Positions 56,628 to 64,000 of a DNA stretch of 64,000 nucleotides are shown piece by piece; position 1 is the stretch's first letter; the number at the start of each line of letters is the position of its first letter. Source of the DNA: Acidobacteriota bacterium (GTDB lineage Bacteria; Acidobacteriota; Terriglobia; Terriglobales; Acidobacteriaceae); the NCBI GenBank assembly GCA_021816455.1, contig JAKAXU010000001.1:141518-205517 (forward strand), in the 5' to 3' direction. The notes beneath the pieces were generated by a model. It searched no databases and had not been told where the DNA came from. It worked only from the letters and a program-made list of their open reading frames with translations. The translations under genes were made by a program, and so were the position numbers.

Positions 56628-58328
56628 TCAGGCTTCCGGCCCAGACCACACACGCTGCGTCAGCAGGTCGGCGGCCGCAGCAGATTCGACAGCCGGCGCA
56701 AACAGGTAACCCTGCACCTGGTCGCAGCCCACTTCACGAAGCGCATCCAATTGCGCGACATTCTCGACGCCCTGTGCACACACCTTATGGCCCAGCGAAT
56801 GACACAGCTCCGTCAGCGCGCGAAGCGCGGCACAATGCCTGGCGCTCGACGCCACGGGCGCAACCAGCTCTCGGTCCAGCTTGATCAAATCGATGGGAAA
56901 CCGGAACAGTTGGCCGAGCGGAGCAAGCCGCGAGCCGAAGTTGTCCACGGCAATCCGGACTTCACGCTCCGCAAGCCGCTCCACTATCCGCAGCGCGGAA
57001 TCCGGATTTTCATTCAGCGCGCTCTCCGAGATTTCAATGATCACCCGGTGTGGGTCTACGGTCGTCGATTCCAGCACCGACGAAACCAGACCGATCATCT
57101 CCGGGTGATATAACTGGCGCGCAGAGACGTTCATGCTCAGCGTAAAATTCGGCCCCTTATCCTTTCGCGACCACTCCTGCAACTGCCGACAGCCATTCAG
57201 CAGCGTCTCGCGATTCAGATGCATGGCAAATCCGGAACGATCCGCCATATCGAGAATGTCGCGCAAAGGCTCAAAGGTTCCATTCTGGCGCCTCCACCGC
57301 AGCAGCGATTCAAAGCCCTCCAGGGTGCAGGATTGCAATCTATAATAGGGCTGATACCATAACGTAAAATCACGCCGATCCAGCAGTTCGCGCATCTCGG
57401 TCTCGCGCTCATTCCGCAGAGTCAGGCGAACCTGCATTTGGGAATCGAATATCTCGCACTGCAAGCCGCCCTGCCGCTTCGCCTGATACATCGCAAAATC
57501 GGCATCACGCAGCAGTTGCTCCGGCAGTTGGTGATCATCGGTGCACATGGCCACACCGATGCTCGCGCCTACGTTCACCTTCTTCCCTTCCAGCACAAAC
57601 TCCCGCCGAAAAGAAGCGAGAATACGCCCGGCAATCACCTCCAGATCTTCAATCGACCGCAGATTGTCCAGCAGCAACGCAAACTCATCCCCACTCAGCC
57701 GTGCAGCCGTATCATGCGGACGCAATGCTGCCCGCAGTCGGTTGGCCACCTCCATCAGCAGCGCATCCCCGGCCGCATGGCCAAGCGTGTCATTGATCTC
57801 CTTGAAGTGATCCAGATCGACAAACATCACCGCGCAACTCAGGTCTTTGCGACGCAACCTGCGCGCCATCGCCAGATTCAGCCGATCCAGATATAGCGCC
57901 CGATTCGGAAGACCCGTCAGCACATCGTGCAGCGCATAATGCTGGAGCTTCGATTCGCTCTGTCGACGCGCGCGAATATCTCGAAAACTGGCGATAAATC
58001 CAAGATCGAATCCCTCCTGCTCAAAGACCGCCAGCACAAGCGAAACATCGATGGGATTCCTGCTTCGATCCAACCGAACCGTCTCAATCGCTACTCTGCC
58101 CCGATGGCGCGCCATTTCCAGCAGCATTGCCGCCTCCTGCTTCCGATCCTCCGGAACCAGCAACTCACTCAGCGCGCGACCCAATACCTCTTCCGGCGAG
58201 TACCCAAACAGATGCGCAAACTCCGAGTTGGCGTAGATCACCGACTCGCCCGCCGTCACCACCACAGCCTCAGGTAACGCAAGCGCAATTTTATGCAGCA
58301 GACTTGACTGCCCGGGTTCTCTCGTCAT
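56628..58328 (-). CDS. PAS-GGDEF-EAL protein with degenerate EAL domain
   Basis: PAS, HDVLTGLPNR, DLDHFKEINDTLGH, SGDEF; EAL motifs read ESL, DNFGSR, AQGVE. Confidence 0.92.
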   Translation of the reverse strand: MTREPGQSSLLHKIALALPEAVVVTAGESVIYANSEFAHLFGYSPEEVLGRALSELLVPEDRKQEAAMLLEMARHRGRVAIETVRLDRSRNPIDVSLVLAVFEQEGFDLGFIASFRDIRARRQSESKLQHYALHDVLTGLPNRALYLDRLNLAMARRLRRKDLSCAVMFVDLDHFKEINDTLGHAAGDALLMEVANRLRAALRPHDTAARLSGDEFALLLDNLRSIEDLEVIAGRILASFRREFVLEGKKVNVGASIGVAMCTDDHQLPEQLLRDADFAMYQAKRQGGLQCEIFDSQMQVRLTLRNERETEMRELLDRRDFTLWYQPYYRLQSCTLEGFESLLRWRRQNGTFEPLRDILDMADRSGFAMHLNRETLLNGCRQLQEWSRKDKGPNFTLSMNVSARQLYHPEMIGLVSSVLESTTVDPHRVIIEISESALNENPDSALRIVERLAEREVRIAVDNFGSRLAPLGQLFRFPIDLIKLDRELVAPVASSARHCAALRALTELCHSLGHKVCAQGVENVAQLDALREVGCDQVQGYLFAPAVESAAAADLLTQRVWSGPEA

Positions 58329-58538
58329 CAAAAAATCGCAGCCCCCCGCCGTCTCTCATCAATACATCTGCGGCTGTGCCACGCCTTGGCCAGAACCAGA
58401 TAACAAATACGTGAAACTGTTATCTGGTTTTTACTTTCAACAACCTCGGAACCGGCATTCCACACACTAGAACGTGTTTAGCACAATCAAGTCCGAGCAC
58501 AAAGATGATTTTTCAGAAAAAACTCACGGCAACGTCAA

Positions 58539-59155
58539 TCAACCGATCGCAACCATCGCCATGTGTCCGTCCCGCTGCCGATGAAGCACAAACTGCGTTC
58601 CGTCCATGCTGCGAAAGATCAGCAGATCGCGGTCCTCACTCTCCGCTTTCTTCACCGCCTGTTCGATCGTCACCGGTTTTGGAAGCACCGCTTCCGCTGC
58701 ACTCCTCAGATGCGGTTCGGTCTCCGTCCGCCGACCTCTTGGAATCAGGGCCAGTGCCCGGACCCGCTTCGTCACTGGCTTCACCGCGTCTGTCGGCCTG
58801 GTCTTCGTCCGGCTGGTCTGCTTTTCAGCCAGCACAGCGTCCACCGCCTGCACAGCGGCCGACTTGCGCTTCCGGCTGCGCAACCGGTCTCGAAAGCGCA
58901 GCGCCTGGCTCTCGGCGTGCTCCAGCGCAAGCCGCATCGCCGCAGCCTGCGTCGTCGAAGACCCTTGGGCCACCAGCCGATGCCGACGGCTTTGCAGATG
59001 CAATTCCACCAGCAGCAAATGTCGCTCTCGTGCAGAATGCAGGAGGCCGCCGTCAGTGGCCCGAGAATACGCCCCACGCGCGTAATGCCTTCCTGTGCCG
59101 AATCGCGCGTAGCTTTGCTGATCTTCACTTGTCTGCCGGTAAACTCGATTTCCAT
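58539..59155 (-). pseudogene. hpf: Long-form ribosome hibernation factor HPF with a 1-nt frameshift (real or sequencing error)
   Basis: MEIEFTGRQV...ILH in one frame continues as ERHLLLVEL...KPVTIEQAV...HRQRDG in another; span 617 nt = 3n+2; strong SD AAGGAGG. Confidence 0.85.
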
Positions 59156-59261
59156 GGCAATCCTCCTTGGCAATGAGTGTACGAGACGGAAACCCGGCCT
59201 GTCACAATTGAAAGTCCCGCCTGTCACTACCGAAAGATTGATCCGAGCCGGAGATGGAACA

Positions 59262-59516
59262 TCAATGACCCCGTCGCCGCCCATCCGTAGCCGGCGGTTT
59301 CGGCGGCCGCATCCTCGCTCTCCGTTCGCCCCTGCGCCCCAGCACAAACAAGACCACCCCAAAGACCAGAAGCACCAGCCCCCACCCCAGATTGACATCC
59401 ACATTGCCGGTGCGCGCGTAGAGCGCGCTCCCCCGCGTCGCCCATCCATAGACGCTCAGGATCACTCCCACCAGCGTGAACATCATACCCATCGGAATTC
59501 TCAAATCCAGATTCAC
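59262..59516 (-). CDS. Small 2-TM protein downstream of the SSS transporter
   Basis: LDLRIPMGMMFTLVGVIL...NLGWGLVLLVFG; SD AAGGAG. Confidence 0.8.
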   Translation of the reverse strand: MNLDLRIPMGMMFTLVGVILSVYGWATRGSALYARTGNVDVNLGWGLVLLVFGVVLFVLGRRGERRARMRPPKPPATDGRRRGH

Positions 59517-59573
59517 GAATGCACTCTCCTTTCGTGACCGCTCTCGTCGTCGAGCCTCAGGCCACCTCCGCGC

Positions 59574-61406
59574 TTACCGGAAGATCAGGTTCAGCGTGAT
59601 CACCATCACCAGCAATGACACCGCCAACACCTCCGGACGCTTCCACCACACGTGCTCGACCGAAGCGGCTTTCGGAGTCAGCGAATGCACCAAGCCCACC
59701 AACTCGGCCTCTGGCTTCGGCTTTCCAAACAGGCTCACCACCACCGCCACCACAAAGTTCGCACTGAAAGCCCAGATCGCTGTCCAGAAATTCTGCGCCA
59801 TGTCACTCGGGTACGTATGCAGCACTGTGATCCATCCACCATGAAGCCCGGGATGCGCTTCGATCGGCAGCGTCAGTCCATGATGCGCCATCGCCGCCAC
59901 CGTTCCTGCAACCAGCCCCGTGAATGCCCCATTGCCTGTCGTGCGCTTCCAGAACATCCCCAGCAGGAACGTCGCAAACAACGGCGCGTTCACAAAGCTG
60001 AAGACCAGTTGCAGTGTGTCCATGATATTGTTGAATCCGCTCGCCGCATAGGCCGTCGCCATGGATAAGAGAATGCCTCCGACCGTTGCCCACCTGCCCA
60101 TCTTCAGATAATGCTGGTCCGAAGCTCCCTTGTGCAGATATGACTGATAGATGTCATAGGTCCACACCGTGTTGAACGCCGTCACGTTGCCGGCCATTCC
60201 GCTCATGAAGCTGGCAAGCAACGCCGTCAGTCCCAGGCCCAGCAGCCCGGACGGAAAATAATGCAGCAGCATCGACGGAATGGCCAGATCGTAATCCAAC
60301 TCCGGCTTCCCGCTTGCGTCCAGCACAATCTTGCCGCTGATCGGATCGGTCTTTGCCGGAACCAGACCCCGGCCTTCGGCTTCCGCCTTGCTCACCACAT
60401 GCGTCTCGCGCACGATGACTCCATTCGCCACCGTCTCCGTCGTCACGTTGTGCGGCGTCGTCGCGGCAATCGCCAACAGCCCGGGCAGAATCACCAGAAA
60501 CGGAAAAAACATCTTCGGGATAGCTGCAATCAGCGGCACACGCCGAGCATTCTCCTGCGTGTCGGTGGCCATCGCCGTCTGGATCACCAAAAAATCCGTG
60601 CACCAGTACCCGAACGACAGCACAAAACCCAGACCCATCGCCAGCCCGAATGCGTCCACACCCAGCGGATTCGTGCTCGCATGCTCCATCCCGCGCCACG
60701 AGTGCATATACGCCGTCGGCAAAGCAGCACGCAGTCCGCTGATGCCGCCCACGTTGTGCAGGCCAATCAGCACCAGCGGCAGAAATCCCGCAATGATCAA
60801 AGCAAATTGCAGAACTTCGTTATAAATCGCGCTCGTAAGACCGCCCAGGAAGATGTACCCCAGCACAATCATCGCCGAAAGCAGCATCGAAAAATGAAAT
60901 ATCCAGCCCAGCGGCAGACCCAGCGCAAGAAACAATCCATCGAAGATGTGGAGCGTCTGGATCAGCCGCGCCATCGCATACATCGAGATGCCCGACGAAA
61001 ACACCGTCATCACAGCAAAGGAACAGGCATTCAGCGCGCGTGTCTTCTCGTCGAACCTGAGGCGCAGAAACTCCGGCACCGAACGCGCCTTCGATCCGTA
61101 GTAGAACGGCATCATGAAGATGCCCACAAAAATCATCGCCGGGATGGCGCCGATCCAGTAGAAATGGCTGGTCGCAATCCCGTACTTGGCGCCGGAAGCG
61201 CCCATGCCGATCACTTCCTGTGCACCCAGATTGGCGCTCATGAAAGCCAGACCACATATCCACGCAGGCAGCGCGCGCCCGGCTTGAAAAAAATCTTTGC
61301 TGGTCTTCATGAACCGCTTCAGCGCAAAGCCGATGCCAAGCACAAAGATGAAATAAAGCAGCATGATCAGCCAGTCGATGGCCGTGAGCTGGGTGTGTCC
61401 GAACAC
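59574..61406 (-). CDS. Sodium:solute symporter family transporter (probably sugar)
   Basis: DFFQAGR, SANLGAQE, YWCTD, ASFMS, many TM helices; GTG start with SD GAGGA. Confidence 0.93.
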   Translation of the reverse strand: MFGHTQLTAIDWLIMLLYFIFVLGIGFALKRFMKTSKDFFQAGRALPAWICGLAFMSANLGAQEVIGMGASGAKYGIATSHFYWIGAIPAMIFVGIFMMPFYYGSKARSVPEFLRLRFDEKTRALNACSFAVMTVFSSGISMYAMARLIQTLHIFDGLFLALGLPLGWIFHFSMLLSAMIVLGYIFLGGLTSAIYNEVLQFALIIAGFLPLVLIGLHNVGGISGLRAALPTAYMHSWRGMEHASTNPLGVDAFGLAMGLGFVLSFGYWCTDFLVIQTAMATDTQENARRVPLIAAIPKMFFPFLVILPGLLAIAATTPHNVTTETVANGVIVRETHVVSKAEAEGRGLVPAKTDPISGKIVLDASGKPELDYDLAIPSMLLHYFPSGLLGLGLTALLASFMSGMAGNVTAFNTVWTYDIYQSYLHKGASDQHYLKMGRWATVGGILLSMATAYAASGFNNIMDTLQLVFSFVNAPLFATFLLGMFWKRTTGNGAFTGLVAGTVAAMAHHGLTLPIEAHPGLHGGWITVLHTYPSDMAQNFWTAIWAFSANFVVAVVVSLFGKPKPEAELVGLVHSLTPKAASVEHVWWKRPEVLAVSLLVMVITLNLIFR

Positions 61407-61558
61407 GATAATAGTCCTCAATCGGCCTGCACTGCGATTTCAGCAAGCCGCGAGCCTAACTCTATCGAGTTGGTAGCATTCACGTCCAGAAAAAAATGAA
61501 AACCTTTTCCACGCCCCCTTTCCTCCACTCCGGTCCGCCCGGATAAACTGAGAAAGAG

Positions 61559-62602
61559 ATGATTCCCACCCTTGAATGGACCCAGAACGGCGTCCGGTTC
61601 CTCGATCAGACCAGACTGCCACTTGAAGAAACCTACGTCCTCGCCACCTCCGACCAGGATGTCGCCAACATCATCACCACCATGGTCGTGCGCGGTGCAC
61701 CAGCCATCGGCGTCAGCGCAGCCATGGGCCTGGCGCTCGCCGCCAAATCCTCCACCGCTCCCACTGCGGCCGAGTTCGCCGTTGCCTTCAGCGCAAGCTG
61801 CAATCTGCTGGCCGGCACACGCCCCACAGCCGTCAATCTCTTCTGGGCCATCGACCGCATGAAACGCGTCTTTGCTCAATTGCAAGAGCAAAACGCATCT
61901 ATGGCCGCCGTCCGCGCCCGACTCGAATCCGAAGCTCGCGCCATGTACGACGAAGACATCGCCGCCTGTCGCGCCATGGGCGCCTTTGGCGCAGACCTGA
62001 TGCCCGAGCAAGGAACTGTGCTCACCCATTGCAACGCCGGAGCGCTCGCCACCTGCGGCTACGGGACCGCACTTGGAGTCATTCGCGCCGCCGTCGAGCG
62101 CGGCAAACGGATTCATGTCTTCGCCGACGAAACACGCCCGTTCCTTCAGGGCGCGCGCCTCACCGCCTGGGAACTGATGGCCGATGGGATCCCCACCACC
62201 GTCCTCTGCGACAACATGGCCGCCAGCCTCATGCGCCAGGGCAAAATACATGCCGTCGTTGTCGGCGCCGATCGCATCGCCGCCAACGGCGACGTCGCCA
62301 ACAAGATCGGAACCTACGGCGTCGCCGTGCTCGCCCGCGAACACGGCATTCCCTTTTATGTCGCTGCTCCCTGGTCCACCATCGATCCCGCCACTGCCAC
62401 CGGAGACGCCATTCCCATCGAAGAACGACCCGCCGTCGAAGTCACCCACCACGGCGGCAGACAACTGACTCCGCACGGAGTCGGCATCCGCAACCCGGCT
62501 TTTGATGTCACTCCGGCACGCTACGTCACAGGCATCATCACCGAGCGCGGCGTGCTCCATGCGCCTTACGGAGAATCCATCGCAGCCGGGGCCACGCAAT
62601 AA
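61559..62602 (+). CDS. mtnA: Methylthioribose-1-phosphate isomerase
   Basis: [50 protein letters not shown]. Confidence 0.97.
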   Translation: MIPTLEWTQNGVRFLDQTRLPLEETYVLATSDQDVANIITTMVVRGAPAIGVSAAMGLALAAKSSTAPTAAEFAVAFSASCNLLAGTRPTAVNLFWAIDRMKRVFAQLQEQNASMAAVRARLESEARAMYDEDIAACRAMGAFGADLMPEQGTVLTHCNAGALATCGYGTALGVIRAAVERGKRIHVFADETRPFLQGARLTAWELMADGIPTTVLCDNMAASLMRQGKIHAVVVGADRIAANGDVANKIGTYGVAVLAREHGIPFYVAAPWSTIDPATATGDAIPIEERPAVEVTHHGGRQLTPHGVGIRNPAFDVTPARYVTGIITERGVLHAPYGESIAAGATQ

Positions 62603-63999
62603 CTCCCGGACGATTGCCTGCCGCTCTCTGAACCGTCCCTCAGGTCTTCGCCTGCGCTCATTGAATCTGCTGCATCCCTGCTCCGCGTGGGCTGCGCAGT
62701 CGGATGCATCTGCCTGGAATCCAGCGCACAGGCAACGGACCGATACGTCCTCAGCGTGGGAACTGACGGCTGCTCTTCGACCGTCGTCTGCGGCTCTGCA
62801 TTCACCAAGGCATCGCCTCCAGCCGAAACAGAGCTTACAGTCACGCTGGACGCAAAAGGAACGTATCTCTGGACGCCCCACGCGTGCAGCGGAAGCACCG
62901 GAACTCCGCGCAGGTGAATCGGCGGTGGAGCGAAGATGCCCGGTGGATCGATGTGGATCCCTCCAGACCAGACAACCTGCAGCGAACCTTCCTCGCAAAG
63001 CAGGACGTAGTTCTTCGCGCTCAGTGTTCCAGGCGCAATCTGGATCGGGTAATACCCAGGCAACGACTGTGAGTTCGCTGTCGTGCTCAGCACCGGTGCG
63101 CCGGCCGTCGCGTTCGCCAGCGTATCGCCGCCGACGAACCCCGTCGCGTCGTAGGTGAGCATCGGAACCACAGCGCCCATCTGCATCACCTGCCCATACG
63201 GAATCAGATAGAGGCTTGCCGGAGTAATCGTCAGCTTGCCCGGCACAAAGACAAAGTTGTAATTCGCCGCCGTCAGCGTCCCCGTTCCAACCTGGATCGA
63301 ATACGTCCCCACCGATGGATGCGCACCTGCGCTCGTCGTCATCCCCGGATTTCCACCCACCGCTGTGGATGCCGTATCGCCAGCAACGAAGCCCGTAATC
63401 GTATAGCCAAACGACGACGGCGATGCCCCGTATGTCAGTTGCTGATCGCTTGCTGTTACCGTCAAAGTCGCCGGAAGAACCGTAAATGTCTGCTCCACCA
63501 CAGGGGCCGCCGCATAGCTCGCATTCCCGGCCTGTTCCGCGCGAACGACAATTGTTCCTGCGCCCAGCGCTTCCAGTGTTGCCCCCAAACCAGCAATCAC
63601 ACCCGGACCGCTCGCCACGGAGAATGTAACCGGAAGGCCAGCACTCGACGAAGCGATCAGCGTAAACGACGTCCGTCCGCCCATCATCCCCTGCCCGTAC
63701 ATCAACGGCGCCTGTGACGCAAAACCGATCGTCTGCGAAAACTCGCCTGCGCTTGTGCCCACCACTGGCACAGTATAGGAAAGCATCTCTCCCGAAGCCA
63801 TCTGCGCCGTGATGGCAATCGATCCCTGCACCTGTGCGTTGGTTTTTTGAGCAGTGAAGGTTGCCGTTACAGTACAGCCCTGCCCTTGCTGAAGCTGAAG
63901 ACCGGGCGTGCAGGCTGTCCCACCGGACGCAGCCGTTGGCGCCGACTGAAACTGCGAAGGATAACTCACACTCGTCACCGTGGAGGCCGACGCTCCCAC
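62566..63999 (-). CDS. Surface protein with Ig-like and two MBG-like repeats, 5' end outside window
   Basis: Repeated TGFV.GDT...P...T.A....G.Y.I....GTL.A.NY units; Thr/Ala/Gly-rich. Confidence 0.8.
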   Translation of the reverse strand: MGASASTVTSVSYPSQFQSAPTAASGGTACTPGLQLQQGQGCTVTATFTAQKTNAQVQGSIAITAQMASGEMLSYTVPVVGTSAGEFSQTIGFASQAPLMYGQGMMGGRTSFTLIASSSAGLPVTFSVASGPGVIAGLGATLEALGAGTIVVRAEQAGNASYAAAPVVEQTFTVLPATLTVTASDQQLTYGASPSSFGYTITGFVAGDTASTAVGGNPGMTTSAGAHPSVGTYSIQVGTGTLTAANYNFVFVPGKLTITPASLYLIPYGQVMQMGAVVPMLTYDATGFVGGDTLANATAGAPVLSTTANSQSLPGYYPIQIAPGTLSAKNYVLLCEEGSLQVVWSGGIHIDPPGIFAPPPIHLRGVPVLPLHAWGVQRYVPFASSVTVSSVSAGGDALVNAEPQTTVEEQPSVPTLRTYRSVACALDSRQMHPTAQPTRSRDAADSMSAGEDLRDGSESGRQSSGSYCVAPAAMDSP

Positions 64000-64000
64000 G

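Noticed and set aside
1-64000. CRISPR arrays, tRNA, rRNA, IS elements, integrases, prophage genes
   Set aside because: None seen in intergenic gaps or ORFs by eye; a tRNAscan or cmscan run would be definitive.

Overview
Mostly core chromosome of a GC-rich bacterium, most likely Acidobacteriaceae (inferred from the fused lptF-lptG, mqnA, the LexA-box form and gene content). About 50 recognisable genes: lexA, trxA, thrCB, modABC, murB, a bacilliredoxin, a xylonate catabolic pair with a LacI regulator, topA-dprA, mqnA, fabH, fliC-fliD-fliS, flbD-motAB, ribB fusion, lysA, pyrF, priA, yicC-gmk-rpoZ-coaBC-udg, rapZ, a frameshifted hpf, an SSS transporter and mtnA. Two RNA genes can be read from the sequence: SRP RNA (27387-27485) and a ~65-nt sRNA with its own promoter and terminator (1940-2005, Acido-1-like from memory). 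I saw no CRISPR array, tRNA, rRNA, integrase or transposase. Best leads: (1) the sRNA is complementary to a C-loop hairpin in the leader of an uncharacterised 75-aa gene 38 kb away; (2) a low-GC two-gene insert (2-TM protein plus HEPN-like protein) that may be a defence module; (3) an orphan 59-aa protein with a sigma28-like promoter and the same Lys/Arg depletion as FliC and FliD; (4) eight apparently leaderless genes; (5) a local G/C-skew inversion centred on the insert. All calls are by eye; no searches were run.
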